This document shows positions 1 through 13,395 of a stretch of DNA of 64,000 nt, in pieces; the stretch's first letter is position 1; the number at the start of each line of letters is the position of its first letter. Source of the DNA: Oikopleura dioica (lineage: Eukaryota; Animalia; Chordata). The position numbers and the translations under genes are program-made. The stretch is taken from contig OU015568.1 in the NCBI GenBank assembly GCA_907165135.1, positions 930,001 to 994,000 of the forward strand. The letters run 5' to 3'. The notes under the pieces are model-generated. The model was not told where the DNA came from and did no database searches. It saw only the letters and a program-made list of their open reading frames with translations.

Positions 1-832
1 TGACGTAATCGGCTTCGATGAAATCAGGGTTTTCTTCGATGAAAGTGATAATTTTGTTGATTCCTGAATTTGCTGTTTTCGCCATGAAGAAGAAATCTTT
101 GTTGGCAGCTCTGAGCTCTCTGATCTTTCGCGGGTTGTCGTAGTAAGGACCTTTGCTCTTCCACATGATCCACAGATGGCTGAGGTAGTTTTCCATATCT
201 TTTTCTTGGTCACCTGTTGATCGGAAAGGGGCCTCCATGAATCCTGAAAAGAAAAATAAAACCGTTTTATGCCCTCCTTACTTACCTCTTATTATTTGAG
301 GATGATGGCCAAAAAATCTTATGAGCGTTTTCGTCCCGCATTTTTTCGCGCCGCTGACAAAAATGGTCGGTAGCTGCTGCATAAGTTCGGTCAAGAGAGA
401 ATTCGAATTCAGGTCTTTTTCTTTGAGCATTTGATACTTTTCATTTCTTTTCTCCATGACTTCATTTATGACTTCTTGTTTTTCTGCTTTTCTTTCAACT
501 TTTTCTGTTCTTTGATCGGGCACTTTTTCTTCTGTGGAAAAACTGTAGGTTTTATCAGTACCTTCTTCTTTTTGCTGCCATAATTTTTCGACAACATTGT
601 TGATTATTTCTTGTCCTTCGGTCTTGTCTTCGTTGTCTTCTTCTGTAGCAAATTTACTATAAACTTCATCACTTTGAGCTTCTATCCTCGTGTACCAGCC
701 ATAAAACGCAAATAAGAATATAACAAAAAGGAAAAATAAAAGTCTTCTTAATAACTTCATCACTTTAATTTTCCTCTGTTCAGTTTTCATTTTCACTATT
801 TTTTCGGCGCAATCAATTTCTCGTGACATCAT
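1..832 (-). CDS. Heparan sulfate 3-O-sulfotransferase-like type II membrane sulfotransferase (5' part; runs off window)
   Basis: N-terminal TM segment, then LPTIFVSGAKKCGTKTLIRFFGHHPQI, matching the HS3ST 5'-PSB motif (LPxAIIIGVKKGGTRALLEFL..HP). A 42-bp GT-AG intron at 244-285 is followed by an open exon to position 1. Confidence 0.75.
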
Positions 833-1311
833 TTTATCTTCAATTTATCTTCTTTATCGTCGCAATTATAAGACAAAAACCTTGTTCGCCGTTTTGTCCC
901 GTTTAAAAAAGGGAAATCTATTTATGCAATAATAAAGGGTCGATTCTCGGGCTGCTGCATTAACGCCGAGATTTTGAATGTCTGGATGGCGAGTTTCTTT
1001 TCTTTAGAGAAAGAAGCAGCTCCGCGTTGATTTATGTTCTCTTTTTTTACAAGTTTTGTATTCGAAAATTTATGAGTGCCATAAACGTAAATATCGGTTC
1101 GCTGCCAGCTAACGTGGTGGATCAGAGATGTTTCTTTTTCGCTCCAAAAAGTGAACTTGTGGTTTAAAATATTTATTGTATGATAAAATGGAAGATTAAG
1201 GGCATCTCAACAATAGCATTTTTTAACGACGTTTTATAAAGGAAAATTTTTAATAAGAAATTTACTTTGAAGTATTTTTTTCTTTAAAAGGGTCGATTTT
1301 TATTGAATTTT

Positions 1312-2169
1312 CGGGGAACCCTCATTCTCCCAGAACCGTCATCTGCCCAGACCCTCATTCTCCCAGGACCTTCACCTGCCCAGCCTGGGAGAATGAAGGT
1401 TCTGGGCAGATGAAGGTCTGGGAGAATGAAGCTTTCAATTGCGTGGGCGAATTGCGCTGAGCGTTGAATGACTGAGACAGGCCGCGTAGATTTTCGAGTC
1501 GAAAATATTTTTCAAGGTCAGAAACAACCGTTTTTACTTCGGATTATGACTTCGTCAAAATTTCATAAAATGCTACAAATTTGAAGTTTTTGGCTGTAAA
1601 TCTACGACAACAAATATGGGGAAAATTTATGGGCACTGGTCTTGGTTCTTATTCAAGTGTTGGTTCGTGTTTCGGTCAGTGTCCGATAATTTGAGCTCAA
1701 GCTAAACCTCAAGGAAACAAAGCTTGAGAACTCAAGTTTATAATTTGAATTTTGAGAACTCAAAAATCTCGAAACCCATATTTTTTTCGACAATCAAATT
1801 TTCTATACTAATAAATTGGACCCTTAGGAATCGATCGCCTGAGCAAGTCCAGCAGAATTCCTTCGGAAAACTGCGCCTCGCAGTCTTGAGTCTAGAAGAC
1901 CTGCTCGACAATTCATAATTCTCGTGAATTCATATTGAAAAGAACATTAGAATTATCATTTTATTCAGCTTTATTTTTAATTGACATGATTAAAAATTTT
2001 TTTCAGAATATTTTTGCAGAAAAAAAATGAAAAATCTAAAAAATGAGCTTCATTCTCCCAGAACCTTCATCTGCCCAGAGCCTTCATTCTCCCAGGCTGG
2101 GCAGATGAAGGTCCTGGGAGAATGAGGGTCTGGGCAGATGACGGTTCTGGGAGAATGAGGGTTACCCTG
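1312..2169. mobile_element. Non-autonomous TIR element (MITE) with ~122-bp internally repetitive, self-palindromic TIRs
   Basis: 1312-1433 and 2046-2169 are near-exact reverse complements with termini C(G/A)GGG...CCCTG. Flanked by AATTTT on both sides (1306-1311, 2170-2175), extendable to TGAATTTT. No transposase ORF. Confidence 0.85.
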
Positions 2170-2329
2170 AATTTTCTTTCAAAATTTTTTTGAAAATTTT
2201 TTGAACTAAAGTTCTGTTTTTTTTCTTTGAACTTCATTTATTTAGTTATTACAGTAATAATTAGAAGAGATAGTATCTTTGTACATTGTCTAAGCATATC
2301 GCAGTTGTTCGAGAAGTGAGGTAAAAGTT

Positions 2330-3857
2330 TTTGTCGTCATTTCGAGGTCTTGCTTTTTTATAAAATTATTTTCAGTAGTCTATCTTGATTTGTGTTTCGC
2401 GAAGAAGGATATACTCAGTTTCTTCGTGCTGCCGATGAATTCTAGCGAAAAATCTCTGCTGGAACGGGTTTTGATGGATTTGTTGATGTCGACTGTATAT
2501 CGGCATTTCTAGAGGAATTTTAGATAATAGAAATTGAAGTTGTTTTACCGGTGATTCCAGTGTATAAGTCAGCAAAGAAGCAGCAGACTTTCTTCCGCCA
2601 AAAATTCTTCTCAAACTTGTTCGTTGGCCAATACTGAGCTTCGAAGCTTCGCATGATCCATATCTTTCGAAGAGCACCAAGAATATCTCGAATTCCTTTT
2701 CCGTTAGATTCTCAGTCGCCGAGGACTCAAATCTACAATTTTCATTGCCAAAAATTCGTCAGAAATTATCTTACATAATCGGCCGCTTTGAGATTTCGGG
2801 ACATCTTTCTGTTCTGCTCGTTTCTCGCTTTTTTCTTGAACTAATTGTTTCTTTCATTTTTTCATGAATTTCAGTCGCTTAAATTTTCGTGATAAGGGAT
2901 CAAGAATTTTGGAATACCTAGTGTGGAATAAGCTTTTTTGACATTTTCAGGAAGAGATCTGAAGTTTTTGAAGTTCTCGAATTTTTCACGATGCTGGGAA
3001 AGAAGGCATAAATCGACATTGAAATGCAGTTTGATAATAGCTTCTTGAATATCTAAATCCTTCTTTGAAGACATAGAAGAGAGTAAGGCATATTACCAGG
3101 GTTGTAAGTTATTTCAAACGGCGAAGTCTTATTTTCCACAACCAGCCCGACGATTGAGAAGTCACTTTTGAGCTCCAATTCTTTCGGATTGATGTCGAGC
3201 GGAACTCCAGTAGCTCTCAATCCTGTTTCGCGAAAAGCTGTTTGGACATCGATCAGAAAACCGAAGCGGCAGATCGACTCCTTACACAACAGTTTTGATT
3301 GACCAGTCAAAATTGGGTTTTCTTTTGTGGTACAGTCCGCACTGTAAGCCTAGAAATCATGATAGAGGTTGATGAAGTGTGTGTGTCCTGGGCTGGAGAG
3401 CCCAATTGGCTTACGCTTAGGAGTTGTCTCATCCAATTCCAAATTTGTCTCGACCATTTCGTCCGATGCTCGATTATTCCGCAATAACCATGCCTTGATT
3501 GAGAAGGAGAAATATAGCAATCTGTCGCGTTTGCTCGTGAAGGAGTTATCTAGAATTTCGCAAAATGAACAGTTTTGACGAAAGAGGCAAGAACTGACCA
3601 TTTGAGCAAGTTGCTCTCTCAGCACTTGGAGATGAAAGGCGAGCTCTGGGAAAACGCTTATTTGCGAGCTTTGGATCGGAACTATAACTTTTCTTTGACT
3701 TTTTCGATTTGGCAAAATTGGGCCCACCTGGTATTGACGTGTCCAGATTTTCGTTGTAAACTCGATGGAGGACGATTTCCGCCGCGGACAACATCGCTTG
3801 CTTGAGAATTTCGGGATGGGTTAGGTTTCGAGTGACGCGGTCGAGGAGGTTTTTCAC
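2330..3857 (-). CDS. Multi-exon gene of unknown function (approximate limits)
   Basis: Successive overlapping minus-strand ORF pieces (3546-3857, 3350-3727, 3053-3310, 2871-3074) with coding-like composition. No family motif recognised. Confidence 0.4.
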
Positions 3858-4399
3858 GCGTTTGTACTCTTTTCTTAAAAGATTTTTTAGTTTTTATTAC
3901 ATATTCGATTCAGAAAATGTTTTTGAAGCCCATTTCAAATTTTGCATCGAAAAATAATGGGGTTCAAAGATGGGATGTGCAGGAAATTGCACAATGTGCG
4001 TCAAGCGTGAAAAAGTTTATATAATATAATTTATATTATATTATATAAACGAATAGTTTATATAACGAAAGGAATTTGCCACACTAGGTTTCGTCATTTA
4101 ATTTATTTGACAGAAAGTATAGTCAGTTCGTTAATTATGAATCAAAAGGCTGGTCAAAAGGGAAGTTCAGATTAACCTCAGAGAAAAAAATAGGTCTTTG
4201 CTTGAAAATGAGATTTTTGATTATCATCACCTTTTCCATAACAATTTCAAATGCTTTTGTGAAAAGGTAGAGACTTATTTTTGAATCTTTAAAAAGATTA
4301 AACTGTTAAGGTTCCCGAACTACGCGGATGCCGAAAACCTTCATCGATTTTTCTCTAAGACGAAATCGTAGCAATTGCTACAGAACCTTTCAGTAGAAG

Positions 4400-5957
4400 A
4401 TCATCGATGATTATTTTGAAATAAAGCTTTTCAAAATCATTTCTTCAATAAATTTTCCACGAGCATAAAATCCAGAGAATTCTTGTTTTCATCGAAAATA
4501 CCTTGATGCTTGTTGAATTCCATTTTGCGCATCGCTGCAGCTGTCATCGTTCAAATTCACAGGCAAAAAAGTTGCTGTATTCGAGACGAGCTTTTCTTCC
4601 AGCTCTTCTTCATTCTTTTCCTGGCAGGAACGATGGTAAGTGACCTGATTCAATGGATTCCGAAGGGTGAAATCGATGTCCTGGCAAGTTTTTGGTACGT
4701 TTCGGAACTCGCAATAAGGATCACTAGAATCGTTCTTGAGGGGTTTTAGAGGTCGGCTTACTTTTGGCAGCACTCTGACAAGTCACAGTTCTGAACCTTG
4801 ACAGCAAGAATGCATTGATCTGTGGCGACATAAACGTATGGCATTCTCAGTGTTCCATGCTTGTCGTATCTGAAATGAATCTTCTTGATTGTCCAATCAT
4901 CCGAAGCCCATTTTTCCACCGCGTTTTTCGCCATTTTTTCAATATTATAAGCTTCGACTAATTGCCAAGGATATTCAACCTTTTCAGATGATGGGTACTT
5001 CTCAAACTTTGCCGTTTTCAAAAGAACTCCGCTGTCAGTTCCTTAAAATTGAGGGTTTGAAATCTAATGAAAGTGTGATCTAACCGATGAAGATCAGAGG
5101 AAAGTCGCCAGTCTTTTCCGAATCGACCGTTATTGAGGTAAAACCGCCGTACTCTGAAGAATCTCGAGGGGACATGACAAGTTCTCCCTCTACTGGTTGA
5201 CGAGAAAGGATCTGGAGATCATCTGTTGGGTCATTTTGTGAGCATTGAATGGCTTTAAATTTTCAAAAATAATTCAGACGATGACAATCCCAGTAATGAT
5301 TTTTATTGCTATTTCAACTTATTTAAGCAAAGCAAAAATCAAACTTATCCAAAATCTTCCAGAATTATGGTTTTTGAAAATTTTCCTAAATCTTTCTTCT
5401 CAAATCTGCAAATTGCATTTTTCTGATATTTCTTCGCCCTCGATTGAAAAATTCCAAAGACATGTCGTTCCGTTTCTACTGCATCGACGAAAATCGGAAA
5501 GTCGAAGTCCTCTTCTTTGCAATTCAATTCTCCAAAATGGAATTGATTCAAAATTTCAAAACCCGAGTGTCGGCAAATTGACGCGATCTTCGGATGCGAA
5601 TTCGCGCGAAAGAATGTTTCACGTGACTCGATGTCTTGGAGTCTCGGCACGTCGGAATACAGGAAGTGAATTTGCTCCGAATCGGCGGTTATCAATCGAA
5701 ATCGCGCGTCGATGAAAATATCGCCCCTTGCTCCCTTCGTCGAAAATGCTTCTTTTCCAAAGGCAAAGACTGAAATCGCTGGGTTGGCAGAAGACACTTC
5801 TTTTTGAAGGCCGATGGCAGCTACGCGCATTGTTGAATCGATCCATTTCATGAGAGTTGACGACTTTTTCCGGAATAATAAAAAAATGGGATGATTGGAG
5901 TTGATCAATTAGGTTTTGTTGTTCTGAGTTTTCTAGGATTAAAATGATTGATTTCAC
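4400..5957 (-). CDS. Multi-exon gene of unknown function with a Cys-containing C-terminal part (approximate limits)
   Basis: Chain of minus-strand ORFs 5345-5908, 4758-5021 and 4489-4773 separated by short AT-rich intron-like gaps. No family recognised. Confidence 0.45.
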
Positions 5958-6429
5958 CCGACAAAATGGGGCTAAACGAATACTTTGAAGTGAGTTTTTG
6001 GATTACCAATAAGATTGCTTTATTAGGCCTACCGGCAAATCAAAACCCACAAAACCCAAAATGGGGACCCCAAATTTTTTTGGTCATTTTGACCCCAAAT
6101 TTTCAGGGCTCATTTTAGGTTATTCCGGCTCCTTGAAACTTGATGGGCAAGAATTGGCAGTGGCAAATTCAGTTTCTTTTGAAACCGCTTTTGATAGATC
6201 TTCATCGAAATTCTCCAAGTCGATATTCCAAGTCTCCAATTTCGGCTGCGCAAAGTTCGAATTGCAAATTTGAAAATTGAGACCTTCATTTTCCGAATTC
6301 TTTTTCTAAAAATAGCTGGTGATTTGGCAGATCTGGCAGCAGCGGATTAATAATCATAAATTTGCGAATATATTTTTAGAGCAGGCGCGAGCGAGAAGGC
6401 CATAAACATAATTATCAAAGTCAACAATC

Positions 6430-7281
6430 AAATCATAAAAATTATCTTCTTTCAACTTTGCGGCTTACCTGGGAAATGGACGTTATGTAGTTTGAGCAAT
6501 GCTCGGTCTCGCCAAAGGCGCGTTCGCAGCTGATTTTCGCGCTCACGTGACTTTGGTTCTCGAGGCCGGAGGTGGTGCCATCGGGGAAATAGGCTTTCAC
6601 GTGAGGGCGGAAGGGGATTTCGGCGATCGTGAAGTACTCCCTAAAAAACGGAGTTAGAAGAGGGATACCCTTAAATATTCGACAAGCGATCGTTCGAAAT
6701 TGTCGATAAAACGACGAGCTATGACAAAAATAGACAATGTCTAGCAGACAAGCCCAGAAGGAGCTCTTGATACTGTAAATTAACCAAATGAGATCAGGTT
6801 TTCTAAGAATTAAAAAAAAATCTCCTTTGAAAAGAGATCCGCTAAGCCAATTTTAAACTTGAACAAAAGCCTCTTCTTTTGTGGCCCTTTTATAAATGGG
6901 ATAATATTTCCTTTTGTGGAAGTATTTAGAAAAGTTACTTTTGGTACTCACTCATGGCCGGAAATCAGAAACTCTTTGTCCTTTCCGTCGACAAAGGCCC
7001 ACGAGAAGAACCGCGATTGCGTTGCCCCGCGGCTTGTGCAGAACACGTCTTTTTCGACGATAATTCGACGGTCATCTTAAAATTCATTTGCTTTGGGCCC
7101 TCTTTCATTTGCAATCAAGGACGACATCAGGGCATATACCGCCGTCTACCCCCTTAAAACAAGACCTACCTATAGGTCGCAAATGAACTTCATTTTTCTT
7201 CGCATGACCATAAGTTTTCGATCTTCCAGCTTGACAGTTCTCCAATAGCGTTAAAACAAAAAGCCACAGAATTTTTCGCAT
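6430..7281 (-). CDS. Small secreted protein, unknown function (3' limit approximate)
   Basis: ATG 7281 gives the signal-peptide-like MRKILWLFVLTLLENCQAG. Later exons read GVDGGICPDVVLDCK, DDRRIIVEKDVFCTSRGATQSRFFSWAFVDG and EYFTIAEIPFRPHVKAYFPDG. Confidence 0.5.
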
Positions 7282-9194
7282 ACAGCCGGTTATCATCTCT
7301 TCCGATCTTTTCTTCAAAAATTTTTTTCAACAAAAAATATCAACAATAAAATCTCCTTCAATAAATCAATATAAAGCTAGAAATCATACCTCATAATAAA
7401 TTTTTCTTCAGAAATTCAAAAGCGGAAAACTCAAATCAAATCACAGCGGGAAGTCTCTATCTTCTCAGCGGGATATCTTCTTATATACCTCTAATTGGTA
7501 TCTCTAATTGTTCTTTTGACTTTTATCCTCGAATTCGATCAAATTCGCCTTCTGAAGAAATAAATGTGATTTGAGAAATCTCTCAAAAATATAATTGGCC
7601 TCATAAGGAGCAAAAAACAGCTTGAAATAGCTTAACAATGAGCCCTTTTTAACCTTTTTATCGACACTCTTTTTTGAAAATTTCTCTTTCTTGGTAAGGC
7701 CTTTGTATTTTAGATATATGTACGCGATATCGTGTGAATACAAAATTTGGCGCCACGAGCCCTTTTTTTCTTTTACAAACAAAAGGTGCCTTAATTTTTT
7801 TCTTGAAAAGCGAAAATTTTCAGTTTTCGAAAAATCGAAAGCAAAAATCTTATTTTTAAAAAGCCGTTTTTTGTGATTTCTCTGACCCGGATTTCGAACT
7901 TTCTTTTCCAGCAAAAAAGTCAGTCAAATAAATAAGTGGTCTTCACTTATTATGAAGACATCACTTGAGGCAAAATTCAGAATTAGCGTTTTTTTCTTGA
8001 TCTCATCTCTCTTTCTCAGCTAGAATTTCTATATCACGTGACGGGTTCTTTCAGCGCCGCTCAGACTGGCTTTTCTTATCGCAAAATATTTGGAGTCTGA
8101 CTTTTTGGAACGCCGCCAAATTTGAACATTTTGGTGAAATAGAGGAATTTTAATTGAACTTAAATTTAATTATACCGGCAAAAATCAAAAGAAAAAATAA
8201 AATTTGAAAAAAAAAATGAAAAAAAATTTTTTTTTCAAAAACCTTTTTTTTTGAATTATTTAATATTTTTCTTCGATTTTTTCTTCGAAATTTCTCTGCA
8301 GAAAAAAAATATTTTTGTTTTGTTGAGTATTTGAATATTTTTAATTGAAAGCGTGTTTCTGCTCAACGGGTACCCTGGCGTTTCTTGTCGTAAATTTTCA
8401 CTTTCTTTTCACTCTCTTCTCCCTCAGACAAAATAAAACCGTCAAGTTCAAAACTTCTGCAAAATTCCCACGTTTTTCTCTCTTCCAAGAGACATCATAA
8501 TTTATGATTGTATTTATTACGATGATCAAACTTACTTTTTTTACTAAAAAGATTTTTTGAAAAAAACAATTTGGTGACTTCGGTAAATCAAAAAATCAAA
8601 CTAATGAGCTCACTTCAGCACATCAAGGTGCAAGCTTTTCACCTTGTATAAGAAAAAAGTCATGAGTCATCCCTTTTTCTTGGCCCACGGGATTTATTCA
8701 CTCCCTCAAAGTTTAGCTCAGTTAAGCTTGAACTTTTTACAACTTCATTTAGCCCAATTTTCTTCAACATTTTTTTGAGAATTAATAAGAAAAGGATTTA
8801 TTTTTTGACACCACGGTTAATTCATTGATTGAAAAAAAATAATGTTCAACAACAAGAAAAGCGTAAGTCATAAATCAGCGCTCAGAATATGCCATGAGCG
8901 ACATTTTTAGCAGGCTTAGATCATGTCTTCTGTTTAACTGTTTCTTTTGGTAACAAAAACTTACATTTATTGCCCACCGTAGTAGTTCAAACTTCAAACT
9001 CATCAAGGTCTAAATTTTTGTAGACGAAGTACATTCACAAAGAAAAATAAGTCATGAAAGGGAGCCTGAGAAAAAACAAGAAAACAGCTGCGGATAATGG
9101 TACCTTAGCAAAAAGACCTTTGATGACTAAACGCTTGAATAAGCATGAGAAAACTTAAAATCTGACGAATGTAAGAAAAAATAAGGCAATTTTA

Positions 9195-10951
9195 TTAATT
9201 CACGCAAAAATCCTTCTCAGTTTCATAAAGAACAGGATTATTTGATGTAAAGTTGTTATTTCCGATCACTTCAGTTTGTATAAGCTCGTCTTCTCCGATG
9301 AAAACTCTCTCTATCGGAGAAGTATAATTGACTTTTTCATAACCATTCACAAAATAAATATACTCATTTATCTTGATTGAAGAAACGTAAATATGATGCT
9401 GAATGATTCAAATTAATTTTTGAATTTACAAAAGATTAACCTCTTTGAGAAATCCAAGCAGCTTCCAAGTGTTTTCTTTCAGCAACCAAACGTCTTTTGA
9501 TGCTTTTTGCTCCCGAGTCTCAAGTATTCTTTCTTTTCCACCTGCCATAAGCATATATCCGTTGTCTAATCCAATTAAAGAATGTTTTCCCATTATTCTT
9601 GAAATAAGTTAACGCGAGAAAAATTATCGGAAATACTTTGGGTGGTCTCTTAAATAAACCCATCCACTTTCAGTATAACTTTCAACTTTTCTCATCGCTC
9701 CTGTCTCCGTATCTCCATCAACAGTTGTTGGTCTGCCATTGTAGTAGCCAAGGCCTCCCATCAAATGACCGTGTTTCGGCAGATGTGGTTGTTTAATTGT
9801 ATGATTTGTAGAATCAAAAATCTAGCATCCTCCTTTTCCAGTTCTACTGACTGTTGCATAAGCAAAACACACAAGTGCTGAAAACTATTAAAAACATTTT
9901 TATTATGCATTTTGATAACCTTTTGTTCCATTTTCAATTGAAACAGCTGCTGAAAACGGCCCAGCATATCCATTTTGAAATTTTGCTGCTAGCTCAACAA
10001 AACTGCACCCATCAAGTTTTGAAATCCTTTTATTGTCAACGTGCCCACCAAAAATATACAAAACACCATAAAGTAAAGCATACACGGATTTCCAGGCAAA
10101 ATCATCTGATATTGAATACATAACAGGATTCGCAGTATAAGATCCGTCGCCAGAAATAATAAATGATTCCTCTAAGCTTCTTTGAATAATCAAAAAATGG
10201 TCATTTATCTATAATACTAAATTAATTATGATAAATAATGCAGATAACCGTTGGATGAGTCGGCGGAACTGTTATTGTGCTGGGAGTTGTCGTCACTTCA
10301 TTCTATTTCGGAAAATAAAATCAAAGAAAAATAATTTAAACCTCTACGCAAGGACAATTATCAATTTTGCCCAGCAAGATATTATTGCATTCTTCAAAGC
10401 ATTTTTTATCGGGAGAGCATTGTCGTAGACAATCAGTTTGTTATTCAATTGCAGCTTCTCGGCATGCAATGTAAGATTCGTTCTCAACTTCAGCATTTTC
10501 ACATTCATCATTGCATAAAGGGTGCTCACAAAACTCACACCCGGTTGGACAATTTTCTCCACAAGGACAAGCAGAAGTACAATCTTTCTATTATTCAGTT
10601 GATTAAATGCTATGCTTACCGGCAAAATCTCTGAAGCACTCATTTCGACAAAGAGCAGAATCACACTCAGCAATACACTGCATTGCCTCTAAGCCGCACA
10701 AATCTGAACATTCTTCAAAGATATCAGCATCTCTAGAGAATTATAATAAGAATTTATGATTCAGAAGAAAGTGTGACTAACGCGCAAGTTTCTTCCTTGA
10801 TTGCAAGCTTTTTTGTCGCTTGAAAATCCTTCAGTCTTTTTTGAACCTGTTCATCATTCGGAGGCTTCTCTTTGTGTGGACGAGTATTAATTGTCAAATT
10901 GTCTCCGAGAACTTTTTGAAAAAGAAGTACCGCTATCAGAATCATCATCAA
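9195..10951 (-). CDS. Secreted Cys-rich plus Kelch/beta-propeller repeat protein
   Basis: Signal peptide MMILIAVLLFQKVLG and Cys-rich exons (EECSDLCGLEAMQCIAECDSALCRNECFRDF). Kelch-type blades include ALLYGVLYIFGG and LGYYNGRPTTVDG; the C-terminus is PVLYETEKDFCVN*. Confidence 0.7.
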
Positions 10952-11419
10952 CTAGAAGTAAGTTGAGGTCGAAGAAGAGAAAGAGTTCAAGCCGGTAGGT
11001 AAAGGTTAGATAAAGTTTCTCCTTGCTCAAAACGTAATCTGTAACAATTTGAGGATACTTTTGATATTTGCACGAGCATAATTTCATTTCATCTTTCATT
11101 CGAAAATGATTCTCATCGAATTTTGTGCATAACTTGATATTTTGTCATCAATGCTTCAAAAAAGCACGGTTATCAATTTAATTTTATCATTATTGTTACG
11201 CTGAATAACAGCACCCTTTCACCAAAATTTTTACAAGACAGGGAATGAAAATTGAAATTTTGTGAATCGAGCCTAACAGGAAGTGATTTCAACTCAGGAA
11301 ACTGGCGTAGTTCTATCTCAATATATAATGTATTTTGCAAGATGTTGACAGTGAAAGTCATAATATTAGTGAGGCTTTTTATTTATTTATTCAATTCGAG
11401 AGAATACTCTTTTAGATAT

Positions 11420-13395
11420 TGATCATGATATTTTTACAAGCAAAAGTCGTTTTTGGGCTGATTCCTTCGCTCCTTTCAAGAGAAAAAATTTTAAAACTAA
11501 AGAAAAGAGATTATTTTACGCGAGTGCAAGCAGCCGAATTTATAAACTCATTTTTCATCACTGCCGGTAAGCAATCTTAGACTATCTCCAGCGAACACTT
11601 CTACCTAGTTATTGCTGTTTCATCTTTGTGGACTGTTCTTTATGACAAAAGGCTGATCGAGAATCCGATAAATGGAAGCTCACGCATTTCGACTTTCATC
11701 TTGTCTCTGGCGTTAAGGATTTGGTCAAAAATTATTGCCACTTGAAGATAATTATTTATTATTTTCTAATAAATAAATTTTTTTCGACCACAAAAAGCCT
11801 TTTCGCCTTCGAGGCGTTCATAACTGCCCTTTCTTTGGTAGGATATAATTTTCTCGATGATTATACTGCCAAAAATCTTGTCAAAAAAGACAAATCCTTC
11901 GAATATCTGATCGATGATACAATTCAACCAAATTATAAATTTCTCCCTTCGCTGAAAATTTGTCTTTGCAGGTATTTTTTGCTTGAAAATTTTTGAAATT
12001 CGTTATTTATGTAGAGAGTACGAAGAGAAACCGCAAGAAAAACTGACAATTTTCGGGCATCATCTGTTTGGATTGCTTGGGTATTTATTAGTCTTAACTG
12101 GGACATTCTTTCTTACGTTACAATTTACCGCCTAACGGCTGAGCTTTCAAGCCCGTTTCTGAATCTTATTTTTCTTTCGAGAATTGCATCGTTTTCAACC
12201 TTTGCTTATGATTAGGGGAAATCACTAATAATTTAGCTTTTTTTCTAGCTTAGAAGGGTGAGGTTTTAATACAGATTTAGAAAGCCCAGAAGCTGGGGAT
12301 CATTTTGACTATTGATAGTGGGGGGTCAGCTCCTACCCTGAGGGCATTTAGGCACCTCCGAAGTCCCAAAATCCGGCCAAGTTCGGAAATTTGAATTTTT
12401 GAACGCCTAGACCGCCCTTTTAGAGCCAGCGACTATGCTAGAATTGTAGCCCAGGCTCTGACGGTCATTTTAAGATATAGAAAAGTACTGAGACCCGGGG
12501 GTTCCTGAGGAGCTAGAGGCTCTTGAAGGTGGGGAACACGACAAAAAATGAGTACTTTTTCACAAAAAGTACACCATTTGTCACACAAATGTCTCCCAAA
12601 GACTAATTATCTATGTTTCTTCATTAAAAAATATAAAAGAAATCATTTGGGGTCATCCGAGGTCAGATCGGGTCACTCATGACAGTTTTCTAAATTTTAC
12701 AAAATTTCTGACCTAGTGACCTCAGATGACCCCAAATGATTTTTTAAACATTTTTCAATGAAGAAACATAGATAGAAAGTCTTTGGGTGGCATATGTGTG
12801 ACAAATGGTGTACTTTTTGTGAAAAAGTACTCATTTTTTGTCGTGTTCCCCACCTTCAAGAGCCTCTAGCTCCTCAGGAACCCCCGGGTCTCAGTACTTT
12901 TCTATATCTTAAAATGACCGTCAGAGCCCGCGCTACAATTCTAGCATAGTCGCTGGCTCTAAAAGGGCGGTCTAGGCGTTCAAAAATTAAAATTTCCCAA
13001 CTTGGCCGGATTTTGGGACTTCGGAGGTGCCTAAATGCCCTCAGGGTAGGAACTGACCCCCTACTATCAATAGTCAAAATGATCCCCAGCTTCTGGGCTT
13101 TCCAAAACTGTATTAAATGCCCATCCTACTAAGCCCAAAAAAAAGCTCAATTATTAGTGATTTCCCCTACTTATGATGTTATTAGAGCCAGGTGAGAAAG
13201 AAGCTGATCTTATTTTTAAAATTGTTAAGCTTTCTTGTTGTATTTATTCTCGGCAGAATTCTACCAATAGCTTATTTTTGGATGAATTTTCTTCCTATAT
13301 CTTTTCAGGTTGACTTCGTTAATAGATCATATGATTTTGTATCGAACGTTTTCGTTTATTGGATAAACTTCATCAGGATACTAAACTTAAGATGA
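11420..13395 (+). CDS. TLC (TRAM/LAG1/CLN8) domain membrane protein, TMEM56/TLCD-like (5' limit approximate)
   Basis: Exons read LWTVLYDKRLIENPING, VGYNFLD, HHLFGLLGY, IYRLTAELSSPFLNL and FLVVFILGRILPIAYFW, matching the TLC HH and ELSTPF motifs. A 957-bp MITE sits in one intron. Confidence 0.75.
12213..13169. mobile_element. Non-autonomous hAT-type foldback element (almost entirely palindromic)
   Basis: Termini TAGGGGAAAT...ATTTCCCCTA with 8-bp direct repeat CTTATGAT at 12205-12212 and 13170-13177. Arms of ~460 bp pair across a ~35-bp spacer near 12677-12709. Confidence 0.92.

Noticed and set aside
7504-7914. 136-aa Lys/Phe-rich ORF
   Set aside because: Its composition is what AT-rich non-coding DNA gives; no motif or splice support.
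12874-13077. ORF inside the foldback element as a transposase fragment
   Set aside because: It lies within the TIR arm and has no DDE or hAT dimerisation motifs.
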